A stretch of DNA of 64,000 nt, from NCBI GenBank assembly GCA_951406725.2, contig OX597816.1, positions 80,166,001 to 80,230,000 on the forward strand, read 5' to 3'. A program made the translations under genes and the position numbers. The notes beneath the pieces were generated by a model. The model saw only the letters and a list, made by a program, of their open reading frames with translations, was not told the origin of the DNA and made no database searches. Shown piece after piece: positions 1 through 12,442 of the stretch. Position 1 is the first letter of the stretch; every line of letters starts with the position of its first letter. Source of the stretch: Octopus vulgaris (lineage: Eukaryota).

Positions 1-946
1 AACCTAGGATGAAGGTGAATGAGAAAGTAACCCTGTTTGCTAAATGAGTTAAGGAAGAGATGAAAAAACAAGCCCAGAAGAAGAGAAAAGGAGAATGGCT
101 AGAAAAACCGATGCATGGCCGATACCCAAGTAGAGTGAACAAACCAGACATAGAAAAACGAGACATTCACCTATGGATGAAGAGCTCAGGACTGAAGGCT
201 GAAACTGAAGGTTTATCATAGCAGCACAAGATCAAAGCTTGGCAACCAGAGCTTACCACAACAAAATAATGAACGATGGCACTGACCCGAAATGCAGAAT
301 GTGTCACGAGCAGGATGAAACAGTGAACCACATCTTAACTGGATGCACAGCGCTTGCAAAAAAAAAAACGAATATATTCATAGGTACGATAGAGTAGCGC
401 AATATATCCATTGGAGGATATGTAAAGATTACCAGCTACCAACTTCAGAAAGATGGTAGAAGCATAAACCTGAAACTGTGACCGGGAAGGATGATGTAGC
501 AGTACTCTGGGACATGCCGATCAACACCGATAAAGAAATTAAGGAAAACAGGTCGGACATAATCATCAATGTTAAGAAGAATAAGAAATGCTTAATGATA
601 GATGTGACAGTACTATCATAGAGAAATGTATCCATTAAAGAAGTTTAAATGTTACTTAAGTACAAAGACCTAGAAATAGAAGTGACCAAGATGTGGGGAA
701 GGAAAGGCAGCACAGCGCCAGTGGTGATTGGAGCGTTAGAGTTAATTAAAAAGGGCCGTGATAAGCAGCTCAACAAACTCCATTGCAATGTTAACGTGGG
801 AGAACTTCAGAAAATAGTGTTGCGCACTTTAGGTTCCGAACACATTTTACACCGTGTACTCTCCATGAGATGAGGACCTGCTGTGACCCTAGAGTCAAGG
901 GATGACCCCGGTTCAGCAGAAGACAACGGACCATATTTTATTTTAA

Positions 947-947
<1 letters not shown>
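1..947 (+). mobile_element. R4/Dong-type non-LTR retrotransposon 3' part (CCHC knuckle + restriction-like endonuclease), decayed, cut by window start
   Basis: Translation across frameshifts/stops gives KPMHGRY..WMKSSGLKAETEG..AAQDQSLATR..CRMCHEQDETVNHILTGC..RYDRVAQYIHW..LWDMPINTDKEIKENRSDII..MIDVTV..KYKDLEIEVTKMW..PVVIGAL, the RLE-clade C-terminal signature; ends directly in (TAA)n. Confidence 0.85.

Positions 948-1029
<82 letters not shown>
948..1029. repeat. (TAA)n microsatellite, tail/target of the Dong-type element
   Basis: Pure TAA run between two Dong-type fragments. Confidence 0.95.
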
Positions 1030-1030
<1 letters not shown>

Positions 1031-1411
1031 CATAATCGACATAAATATATCTGTCAAGACCTACCAAAAAACTCAGCAAGTATAAAGATCTTGAAATAGA
1101 AATTGGCAAAATGTGAAACCTGAAGACTAAAGCAACACCTTTTGTCATAGCCGCCCTAGGAATGATAGCAAAAGGGGCTACATAGTTCAGATACCAGGAA
1201 ACCCCAAAACGGCAGAAATTCAAAATATTGTGAAATCTCAAATTTTAAAATAAACTTATAATTTCCTTATGTTTTCTTAAACATTCTCTGAAGCAATACT
1301 ATGTGTAAAACCAAGCATAACACCAGCATGAACTTCTAACTTGTTATCTCTTGAGGTCCGTGGGTGAGATTTGGAGTCAACTTTTACAAATACAAAGCAA
1401 AAGTCAAACAT

Positions 1412-1412
<1 letters not shown>
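1031..1412 (+). mobile_element. Second, 5'-truncated R4/Dong-type fragment with 3' UTR
   Basis: IIDINISVKTYQKLSKYKDLEIEIGKM*NLKTKATPFVIAALGMIAKG matches the C-terminus of the upstream copy; followed by (TAA)n at about 1413-1493. Confidence 0.75.
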
Positions 1413-1460
<48 letters not shown>

Positions 1461-1462
1461 TA

Positions 1463-1494
<32 letters not shown>

Positions 1495-2249
1495 TCCTTC
1501 TTATTGTGGCATAAAGCCAGTAATTTTACATATGGAGAGGGCACATTGACGCCGCCCCCACTTGTATTTATTTCAACAACTCCGAATGAATAAAAGACTA
1601 AGTCGACGGTATTTCAAATCAGAACATAAAGCAGGAAGAAACGCCATTAAGCAATTTGTCCGACGCGCTAAGGATTTTATCAACTTTCCACCTGTAAACG
1701 AGAATGCTTATATGCACCACAAAACCCCAACATCCATTTTAAGAGGAAGATAAATATTACCGTTTGGTGTTAGTAATGCTTCTGTCACCATTAATTTTTT
1801 AAAAATAATTCTTTATATTTTTGTTACAAAGCCAGCAATTCTAAGGTGAAGGAGCAAGTTCATTACATCGTGTCCCGTACTTGTCTGGTAGTATATTTTA
1901 TCTACCTCGAAAGTATGAATGGTATAGTTGACTGTGGTGTCATTTGAACTCGGAACGTGAAAAGCTGGAAAAAAATGCCACGAAGCGTTTTGTTCAATGT
2001 GCTAAACGACGCTACCAGCTTACTTCCTTAACAACAGCAGCAGCAACAACAACAATAATAATTTCTTTTATTGGCCACAAGGGCTCAAGACATGGAGGAC
2101 AATATCGAAGGACGAGTTACAGTACAAAAAAAATTACAAAAAACATGTGGGGTTAATATCAATCAAGTGGGGATACTACCATATTAAAGGATATAACAGA
2201 GGATATATAATAGAAAGCAGAGAAATAAATAATGAATAAATAGAATCGG

Positions 2250-2368
2250 CCCCAAAAGGATGAAAGGCAAAGTCGACCTCGGCAGAATTTGAACTCAGAA
2301 TGAAAGGATGGGTGAAATGCTGCTAAGCATTTTGCCTGGCGTGCTAACGTTTCTGCCAGCTCGCTGCC

Positions 2369-2369
<1 letters not shown>
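2250..2369 (-). mobile_element. SINE family B, 5' part
   Basis: Reverse complement of the ggcggcgagctggcagaaacgttagcacgcc..gagttcaaattc..gaggtcgactttgcctttcatcc head seen at 60158; B-box-like GAGTTCAAAT. Confidence 0.75.
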
Positions 2370-2419
<50 letters not shown>

Positions 2420-2484
2420 GTAATAATAATAATAACAAAAATAATAATAACAATAATAACAATAATAATAATAACAATAATAAT

Positions 2485-2517
<33 letters not shown>

Positions 2518-2568
2518 AATGATAATAATAACAATAATAATAGTAATAATAATGATAATGATAATAAC
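2370..2568. repeat. (AAT)n/(AAC)n compound microsatellite
   Basis: Direct inspection. Confidence 0.95.
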
Positions 2569-3596
2569 TAGCTGGACCCGTGAAAAATTCACGGACAACA
2601 AAAAATGTAAGCATCTGTAAACAGTGTACTGGTGCCATGAGAAATGTTTGTATATTATGACCGTCTTTCTTTATGTTCTGAGTTCAAATTCTGCCGAGAT
2701 CGACTTTGCCTTTCGTCCTTTCGGGGTCTATAAATTAAGTATCAGTTGTGTACTAGGTTGATCTAATCTACTGGCCCCCTCCCCACAAAAAAAAATCAGG
2801 CCTAGAAAAGTATATTGTGACAGTTACAGAATATAGAAAGTAATGTAAAAGCAATAACTATATCATCCAACCAAAATATCTCAGTTACAACAACGTAAAC
2901 GGAATTACTATTTAACCTTAAAATACATCGTACATATTCAAAGAACCTTAATGTCTAAATTGAAATGCAAAATAACGAAATAATAAATGGATTTATGAAT
3001 GAAAATTTAGTAATTGCGTTTATTTCCACCACGCGACATTTATTATTGCAAACATGTTTTAACTAACCTAAACTATACACACACACAAATACATTCATAT
3101 ACATATGTCTCGAGTTTTAGCTGTAATTACATGACCGGCCTCGTCATATTCTGTGTGAGACTGAATCTCTCCGAGAACTACATTAATGTTATACATGTCT
3201 GTGGAGTACTCAGCCATTTGTGAGTTAATTTTATCCACGTGTGGTAATGAAAAGTGAAATTGTCATCCAATATTTGCTGTGTATATGTATCTATGTATGA
3301 AATTTTCTTTGGATTTATGTATCTACTGTCTCTCTCTCTCTCTCTCTCACTTTCTCTCTTTCACTTTCCCTTCTTTGTGTCCCTCTTCTCTTCCTCTTTT
3401 GATTTAACCATGTATAAATGTATCAATATATCTACTTCTCTTGCGATGTGATAAACATTTAAAAACACAAAACGAACGCCGTCACCACTCACTGTCACTT
3501 TCTCTTTCTCTCTCACTTTCTCTCGCTCTTTCTCCCTGACGTCCTCTCTGAAACATTTAAAACACAAAAAGAACACTGTCACCATTCACTTTCTCT

Positions 3597-3641
<45 letters not shown>

Positions 3642-3742
3642 TTCCTCTCTGTCCTCCTCTCTCTCGCTTGGCCACTTCTTTGAAGTGTGACGCACACAAC
3701 AGGTACGTACAAAAACAAAAAGATAGCGTATTAATATTATTG

Positions 3743-3806
<64 letters not shown>

Positions 3807-3807
<1 letters not shown>

Positions 3808-4020
3808 CCTTCCTACTAAAGGCAAAAGGCCTGAAATTTGGGGAAAGTGGACTAATCGATTACATCCAACATAATGTTTCACTGGTACTTAATCTATCGA
3901 CTTCGAAACGCTGAAAGGCAAAGTCCACCTCGGCGGAATTTGGACCAAAATGTAACAACAGAGGAAATACTGCTAAGGCAATTTGTCCAGCGAGCAAACG
4001 ATTCTTCCAGCTCACCGTCT
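3807..4020 (-). mobile_element. SINE family B copy with (ATT)n tail
   Basis: aaaggcaaagtccacctcggcggaatt and ccttcctactaaaggcaaaaggcctgaaatttgggg blocks shared with copies at 26485 and 58130. Confidence 0.7.
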
Positions 4021-4026
4021 TATAAT

Positions 4027-4410
4027 AATGGCTTCAAATTTTGCCACAAAGGTAGCAATTTTGGTGGGAGGGGATAAGTCGATTACATCGACCCCAGTTT
4101 TCCACAGACACCTAATTTATCGACCCGAAAGGATGAAAGGCAAAATCGACCTCGGCGGATTTTGAACTCAGAATGTAGCGACGGGCGAAATACCTATTTC
4201 TTTACTACCCACAAGGGGCTAAACACAGAGAGGACAAACAAGGACAGACAAAGGGATTAAATCGATTACATCGACCCCAGTGCGTAACTGGCACTTATTT
4301 AATCGACCCCGAAAGGATGAAAGGCAAAGTCGACCTCGGCGGAATTTGAACTCAGAACGTAGCGGCAGACGAAATACCGCTAAGCGTGCTAACGTTTCTG
4401 CCAGCTCACT
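4027..4410 (-). mobile_element. SINE family B, dimer-like copy
   Basis: The block cccgaaaggatgaaaggcaaa(g/a)tcgacctcggcgga..tgaactcagaa occurs twice (about 4125-4175 and 4308-4358); mirrors the plus-strand dimer at 60158-60572. Confidence 0.8.
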
Positions 4411-4413
4411 GAC

Positions 4414-4501
<88 letters not shown>

Positions 4502-5217
4502 CAACAACAACAACAACAACAACGACGACGAAGAGGATGATGATAATGATGATGAGGATGATGATGATGATGATGATGATGATTTCTTTAGTGGGTACAA
4601 GGACTGAAATTAGCGATAAGAAGATATGTTATCCAAAACGACAGCTGCATTATACAATAATGACATCAACGATAATAAAAACGATAAGAACACAATATGG
4701 AACTGGCGACAACAAAGTAAAAGAAAAAATAGAAAGCACGCGCAGAAGCAGCAAGAGCAATATTATCAATAATAATAACAACAACAAATGCAGCAAGGGC
4801 AACATCAATAATACTACAGGTTTGATGTAAAGCGAAAAAAAAAAAAAAACAGCAAAAAATTTTTAAAAATGAAAAAATAAAAATATACCAACGTCTGAAA
4901 CAACAACAACAACAACAACAACAACATTTGCAACAGCAACAACAGAAAGAGCGGTTAAATTAGCATCAATAATAACAACAATAGCAAGGAGGACAATAAA
5001 CATAAAAATTGGTATAAAGCGAAACATGCAAAATAGCAACAACATCAGCAACAACGAGAGAGAACACTAAGAAGTAGACCAACAACAACAATAACAACAA
5101 CAACAAAATCAGCAAATGAAAAGAATGAAAAGAATAGGATCAAAAGAATAAAAATAAAATAAATATTAAAAAAAATATAAGTATAATAAAAAAATATGTG
5201 AATGGAAAGAAGCTCAC

Positions 5218-5557
5218 CTTTCCCTTGTCCTAGTTTCTCAGTAATCAGGGTACTCGCCTTGGTACTAAACACGGCGGCATTTTTCACAAACGCTTCTTTG
5301 AAGACTTCATAACCGTTGAAGAAAATCAGAAGTTTATTACCAACGTAGATACTGAATATATCACCATATTGTCGCTGGAGACTTGCTAGTACATCACCCG
5401 GATGCGTTCCCGTGAACAGCGCTGTGCTACCCAAAATTGGGATGCGAACCGGCCCTGGAGGAATGCCCTTTGGTCGTCTCATTAGCATCCAAATGAGAAC
5501 TCCGGTAAGGATAAAGATAAAAAAGCTAACGACATCCTCAACAGATTGATACCACAT
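5218..5557 (-). CDS. Cytochrome P450, CYP2-clan-like, first coding exon (113 codons + 1 nt)
   Basis: ATG at 5557; hydrophobic anchor VVSFFIFILTGVLIWML, basic RRPK, proline hinge IPPGPVRIPILG, then YGDIFSIYVGNKLLIFFNGYEVFKEAFVKNAAVFS; ends at AAG|GTGAG donor (GT at 5217-5216, phase 1), after which the frame becomes low-complexity. No further exon recognised in 1-5217. Confidence 0.92.
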
Positions 5558-5639
5558 GAGGAATGATATAAAAGAAGGAAAAACACAGAACAAGATGAAA
5601 AGACAAAAAGGACACAACTACTGCACCACACTACACGGT

Positions 5640-5645
5640 GACTGA
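5640..5645 (-). promoter_or_regulatory. Possible initiator (TCAGTC) upstream of the P450 ATG
   Basis: Matches the invertebrate Inr TCAGTY about 85 nt upstream of the ATG; no TATA box seen; short motif may be chance. Confidence 0.25.
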
Positions 5646-6167
5646 TGTCTAATATGTGTAAGCTCTGTGTGTGTTTGTGTGTGCGTGTGAGTTTTCCGGG
5701 TTAGAATTTCAAATTTAATTTAAGTTTGCTTCAAGTGAAAGTACTCTCTTCCCGGGCGCACATGCACAAGCATAAATATGTATATATTATGAGAGAAAGA
5801 GAAATATATGCATATCTACCTATCTCTCTCTCTATATATATATGTATATATACACATACATACATAAATACACATGCATGCAAATACACAAAGAAATTAT
5901 CAGCACAAAAAAAATTTAAGCCACTTTGCACATACACATAAACAATATATATACAGAGAGAGGGGGAGAGAGAGAGAGAGGGTGACACTCATATAGGACA
6001 AACATACACTCATGGGCCAGGGGGTTTACTAAGACAAGTTAAACTACCTATAAGTCAAAGTACACTTATTCATAACACCCATTAACACACACACACACAA
6101 GTACACACACACATACTTATACACATATATGTACATGGGTAAGTGTATGTGTGTGTGTGTGTGTATA

Positions 6168-6203
<36 letters not shown>

Positions 6204-6674
6204 TGTATATGTATATATGTGTATGTATGTATTTGTATATCTATGTATACACACTCGTTCACAAGAAAATAAACATCTAAACAAAATAAAAAAAGAAAAA
6301 GAGAAAGAAGGAAGCTATAGAAGTTGTAATCTACTTTGCATAAATGACATACGTATACGGAAGTTTACAAGATACTGAAACATAAGCAGGCGTATACATA
6401 TATGAAGACAAAGACACCTACGTAGACATACACACACGCACACACACATGCACACAGGTTGTATATACGTCTGTTCTAAGTTGAACGGATGAATGAAACG
6501 TTGTTTCTGGTTTGCTCGTTGGTCGGTTTTGACTTAATGACAACCGACCGTATATGATATTCGGTACTAAAGGAAAGAGATTGTGAGAGACGACTGGCTG
6601 ATATTTACAGGGCACGCGGCTAAATCCTCACCTCTCAACAGGCGGCTAATTGAAGTTTGTATAGAAAAGCGAGT

Positions 6675-6711
<37 letters not shown>

Positions 6712-6887
6712 AAGAATAAAATAATGAAAATAATATAAAAAGTAACAAAACAAACAAATAAATAAATAAATAAAGCACGACGAGTAGAAAAAATTACCAC
6801 ACAATATAACAATGAAGTGAGGAGTGAAGTTGGTGGTAGTGGTGATAGTTTTGGGGAGGGGGAGAGCGGGAAAGTGCTGGCGCTTTA

Positions 6888-6889
<2 letters not shown>

Positions 6890-6950
<61 letters not shown>

Positions 6951-6982
6951 CATAGATATATACATAAATATTTATATATGTA

Positions 6983-7066
<84 letters not shown>

Positions 7067-7203
7067 GATATATACATATATATTTATATATGTATATTTA
7101 TATATATATATACATATATATATATACATATATATACATATACATATATATATATACATATATATATATTTGTAAAGGTTTATTCTATATTTATATATGT
7201 ATG

Positions 7204-7236
<33 letters not shown>

Positions 7237-7345
7237 ATATATGTATACAAATATATATATGTATATATGTATGTATGTATATATATACATACATACATAT
7301 ATATACATACATACATATATATACATACATACATACATACATATA

Positions 7346-7381
<36 letters not shown>

Positions 7382-7433
7382 TATATATACATACACACAC
7401 ACACATACATACATACATACATACATACATACA

Positions 7434-7469
<36 letters not shown>

Positions 7470-7500
7470 TACTTATCACACACACGCGTACACACACACA
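6890..7500. repeat. (TA)n/(TACA)n compound microsatellite
   Basis: Direct inspection. Confidence 0.95.
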
Positions 7501-7886
7501 TACACTGACACAGTGTGTGTGTGTGTGGATGGAAGATTGCATGTATAATATTATGTGTGAATGTGTTTGAGTGTTAATGACCGTTTGTAGGGGTGTCAAA
7601 ATCAGCGAAGAAAAGAAACTAACGGTTTCAAATACGATCCAGATACCATAGTAGTACAGTATTTTATTTGTATTTTTATTTTGACTGTTTATATATGTTT
7701 TCATTTTCCGTTTCTCTTTTTTTCACATATACAGACATACACTCACGCACATTTATACATTCATGCATTCACATACAGATAAGTATGCTTACATGCATAT
7801 TTTTACGAACTGTTTTCGTATTCAACTACACAGAAATATTTTTACAAATGTATACGCATATACATACATATCTTCACGAACTCATT

Positions 7887-7973
<87 letters not shown>

Positions 7974-8052
7974 GAGGCATAAACACTCACACGTCCACAC
8001 CCACTGATTTTTAGAAATACTTTCATACAGAGCCTGCATCTTAGCAAACATT

Positions 8053-8101
<49 letters not shown>

Positions 8102-8599
8102 ACACACACATAAACAGAGACTTACGTTCAGATAAAAGTACGCACACGCATGTACATGCTCATCTCGCAACCTCAGTATTGTACTTATGCTATAAATATG
8201 TGTGAGAGAGGGGGGAGAGGGGGAGAGATGGAGAGAAAGAGAGGGAGAGAGAGAGGATGCAATGAGTGATTGCATGTGTGAATGGTTGGTTTTGCATTGT
8301 TCCTCTCTTTTATAATATTTGTATTTTTACTCACACCCACTTAAAATTTCGGGCTTTTTGCCTGAATTAGAAACCATTATATATGTATTAATTAATTTAT
8401 TTAGATGTGCTTTTCTTTAATGATTAATACCCCCCCCCCAAAAAAAAACCCCAAAATTCCATGACAAATCCGATGTGATACGATCGGATTTGGCGTGATA
8501 TGATGTATTAACTAAAACAACATAAGTTATTTCGCTGTTTCTGGTCTTCCATTTTGAGCATGTATATTCTATTGCGTATACCATGTTCCATGAGGGTTA

Positions 8600-9068
8600 T
8601 CTATACACAACATATATCGTTGAGTAGTGCGTTGTTTTATGTATTTTGTAATCTACTGTAATTTGTCCTGGAGAGATTAGAGGATCGTATAATCCATTAT
8701 AGGTTTACTGTATTGTTTGTATATCCTTGATGTTTCTTTCTGTTGACAACATTTAGTACGTAAGATTCTCTTAAACATCTGTGCATTGTTTTGCTCCCTT
8801 TACTATACCTTCAATGTCAGGAATATTGTGAAGATATTGCATCCTCTTGGTGTGTTTGTGGTATTCTTATGTTGTTCAGTGTGACGGTTGCTTGTATATG
8901 AAGTTTTATGGCCTTCCCAATGAGAAAGAAAGAGGATTTGACAACTGCTATATTGAGTCTGTTGTTACGGAGATAAGATCTATGTATTTTCCATAGAACT
9001 AGAGTCGTAGTTCTCCTGCAATGTCTGAAGAATAGTAAGATGATGTGAGTGATGTTATCTGCATATGA
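8600..9068 (-). mobile_element. Old LINE reverse-transcriptase relic (clade uncertain)
   Basis: SYADNIT resembling the YADD motif followed by decayed RT-like sequence (YLRNNRLNIAVVKSS, VTLNNIRIP); truncated by a SINE. Confidence 0.45.
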
Positions 9069-9069
9069 G

Positions 9070-9425
9070 ACTCTTTTACTTGTTTCTGTTATTTGACTGT
9101 GGCCATGGTGGAGCACCGCCTTTAGTCGAGCAAATTGACCCCAGGAATTATTCTTTGTAAGCCCACTACTTATTCTAGCGGTCTCTTTTACCGAACCGCT
9201 AAGTTACGGGGACGTAAACACACCAGCATGCTGGGGAACAAACACAGACACACAAACATATACACACACACACAAACATATATATATATACATATATACG
9301 ATGGGCTTCTTTCAGTTTCCGCCGACCAAATCCACTCACAATGCTTTGGTCGACCCGAGGCTATAGTAAAAGACACTTGCACAAGGTGCTACGTAGTGTG
9401 ACTGAACCCGGAACCATGTGGTTTG
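9070..9425 (-). mobile_element. SINE family A (tRNA-related head, internal TA/CA tract, CR1-like 3' end), internally deleted
   Basis: Reverse complement of 28325-28778; lacks the cggttgtcaagcgat segment present in other copies. Confidence 0.85.
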
Positions 9426-10132
9426 TGGAAATGTGAGGTCGAGTAAAAATAAACTGAAAGTAATGGATGAGAATACAGATCTTTGTAGTAGTCCAAGGAT
9501 ATTGCAAGCTTCGAAAATGTTGTTCTTGTACACTATATAAACTTAGCAACCTGACAAGTAGTTTGTGAGTCTAAATATGTTTGTACATTAGGGTGCTAGA
9601 CCTAATACGGTCGCCTTTAGTATTACTCATTTTTGCAAGCTGAAGCTTCGAGAGCATGAATCTAACAACTTTTCATAATTTTTCTCATAAAATGTATACC
9701 TTGATTATATTTACTCCCCCTACAACGAAAGTAAAAGGCTAGCAAGACTTAACAGTTTGATAAGGCTTTAGAGTCCGTAACATGGTTTCTGTTCCTGCTT
9801 AGAACCGTTTGATCTCTCACATCGCCAAGGGATTTGATATACCCGTAAAAATTACAGAATTTCTTTTATAATTGTTAATAGAAATCTATGGTCTTCAATT
9901 TAAAAAAAGTTATAAATTTTAACAAAAGAGCTGTTAATTGTTCAATGAAACAACAGATTGAGACTGCATGTATTACTGTGCGGTAGAAGTTGAGTAGAAT
10001 TCTCTCAGGCTTATCTTTGCATTTCAATCTTCAGAGGTCGGTGACATAACTATTAGTCGAGCACTGATATGGACCTAATCGATTATACACTTCCTCGAAT
10101 TTTGTAGATTTGTACTTATAATTATTATTATT

Positions 10133-10695
10133 GAGTGAGAGAGTAACGCATGCCATCAAAGTAATATTGGAGTAAAATATACGAAGCCCAGTATACCCAT
10201 CATGACTACCCGTCTGATAAAGGCACACAAGGCACATCCATCATAACCATATGGGCGCGACATGGTGATCTCATATCTAGATAAACAACGCATGACCTTG
10301 CAGGTGGGGCCCAGTTAGAATTTTCTTCTGGTCGAGTAGACCATCCCGCTCAAAAGGAACCTGAATAAGAATTTTTTTAAGAATGTTGAAAGAAACACTC
10401 ATATTTCCAAAGGTGAATTATCCAAACCCCAAAGAATTCCTCTCAACACATGGTTATGATGCTCCTCCACTACTTCTGCTCGTGATCAGAGATGCACATA
10501 TTGTCAGCCACTAAGGGACATGCTCAACTGGTTTAGATCAAACACCTGACAATCAAATCTGTGACATTGAGCATAATATTTGCTGTAGCCCATCTTTTAT
10601 ACCAAGTCAAAACATGTACATGGGTGTTTCTCTCACACTTCCAATCAGTTAAGATTAGAAGCCATGAGAGTCACTGCCTGGTACTGCATCAGGGC

Positions 10696-10696
<1 letters not shown>
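10133..10696 (-). mobile_element. Non-autonomous element family C (about 560 bp) embedded in (TAA)n
   Basis: Same sequence at 49243-49792 (opposite strand) and 63735-64000; flanked by ATT repeats on both sides; no coding capacity; strand assigned from the (AAT)n tail. Confidence 0.8.
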
Positions 10697-10766
<70 letters not shown>

Positions 10767-10767
<1 letters not shown>

Positions 10768-11134
10768 AGTTAGTGCTTGTTAATTTCGTGAACAGAAATT
10801 TTATCTTGAGTTTTTGGTGACAAGTTTCTTCACATATCAAAATTCTTTCTTAGGATCCGTGCAGAATATAGGATGGCTCTTATCTACAAGTCGACAATAC
10901 GAGTCACAGTTCCCAAATCTTTCAGTCTTTTAGGTAGAATTCTGGGTGTTGTGCCAAAAAAAAAAAAACAATTACCACAAGAATAATAGTTGTCTTAATC
11001 TTCCAAAGTTTCTTCATCTTTCCAGCTGGATCTTGATATTTCTCATATTTTCCCAATTCTTTAGTACCGACTCGGGTATCATAAGGGGAATGAAAAGTCT
11101 ATGATCTTACACTGTGGGTTTATTTTGTCCTGTA
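10767..11134 (-). mobile_element. R4/Dong-type element, 3' piece
   Basis: IQDKINPQCKIIDFSFPYDTRVGTKELGKYEKYQD..KKLWKIKT..GTTPRILPKRLKDLG..ILYSARILRK; ends in the (TAA)n at 10698-10766. Confidence 0.75.
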
Positions 11135-12221
11135 TGATTGATTGATTGATTGATTGATTGATTCTAGTTTCAACTTATGAGCTGTGGCCATGCTGGGGCA
11201 CCGCCATTTGGTGTTGCTACTTGGTTTCACTTCATGGAGGCTTTCTAGCAACTGCTATTTGGTGCATGAGAGAGTTCGATGCAGCTGCCCTCATCTGCCC
11301 CTCCTGCCGTGAAGTTGGTTCATCTGGGACACCTGACAGGAAGAGATCCAGCTTCATTTTAAAGACATCTGTATCCACCCCATGCAGGTTTCTCAGGTTC
11401 TTCGGGAGGATATTGAAGAGCTGTGGGCCTCGGAAGCCCAGGCTATCACAGAATCTTGTCCTACATCTTGATGGCAGGTTTGGAGTCCTAGGCACCACGC
11501 AGTGGCGCCCAGTTCTGGCATTTGCGTAACTCTCGATGCCAAAGTTCAGGACACTTCCCTCCAGGATCTTCCAGATGTATATTATGGCATATCTTTCCCG
11601 CCTACGCTCCAGAGAATATAATTTTAATCTCTTGAGTCTTTCCCAGTAGCTTACATTCTGCATAGAGGCTATCTTCTTTGTGTAGCTTCGTTGGATCGCC
11701 TCAAGTTCTGTGATCAACTTGACACTGGATGGTGACCATAGCTGAGAGCAATAGTCAAAGTGGCTTAGGACAAGTGTCTTCCAGAGGACCATCATGGTTT
11801 CTTGTTCTCTTGTTCTAAAGGTTCTAAGAATCCATCCAGCCAGCCGTCTACATTTCATTGTCAGTTTAGCAACATGTACATGAAAGGTCGCGTCATCACT
11901 CATGTGAATACCCAGGTCACGCACTGATTGTGCCTCTGGGATTGCAATCCCTCCGGGTCCAGTGTATTTCTTGGGTATTGCATTCAGTTTTGCATGCTGA
12001 TAGTATAAAGCTTGAAACTTTTCAGCATTGAACTGCATGCTATTCTTTTCAGCCCACTTGTAAATTTCGTCCAGCTCATATTGCAGGTGCCTAGTGTCTT
12101 CAGGGTTCTGTATTGCCTGTGAAACTTTTGTATCATCTGCATAACTTGTGATCGTGGCTCTCCGCGTGGCTGAGGGCATGTCTGAGAGGGCCATTATGAA
12201 CAGTAGTGGTCCCAAATCATA
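11135..12221 (-). mobile_element. CR1-group LINE, 5'-truncated, open RT C-terminal frame, (AATC)n tail
   Basis: LGPLLF..SYADDTK..MQFNAEKFQ..VRDLG..GWILRTFRTR..DYCSQLWSP..YWERLKRLKLYSLERRRERY, no stops down to 11232; short 3' UTR; tail at 11135-11163. Confidence 0.92.
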
Positions 12222-12442
12222 TCTCCTGCAATGTCTGAAGAATAGTAAGATGATGTGAGTGATGTTATCTGCATATGAGACTCTTTTACTTGTTTCTGTT
12301 ATTTGACTGTGGCCATGCTGGAGCACCGCCTTTAGTCGAGCAAATTGACCCCAGGAATTATTCTTTGTAAGCCCACTACTTATTCTAGCGGTCTCTTTTA
12401 CCGAACCGCTAAGTTACGGGGACGTAAACACACCAGCATGCT
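12222..12442. repeat. 221-bp direct duplicate of 9012-9232
   Basis: Identical except 9108 g / 12318 c; spans an old LINE/SINE junction. Confidence 0.95.

Noticed and set aside
5045-5617. The full 190-aa ORF as the P450 protein
   Set aside because: The first 20 codons precede the ATG at 5557, and the part below 5218 lies past a consensus donor and is low-complexity intron
11232-12326. 364-aa ORF as a gene with a novel N-terminus
   Set aside because: The N-terminal 35 aa come from the duplicated SINE/old-LINE segment that happens to be in frame with a truncated LINE
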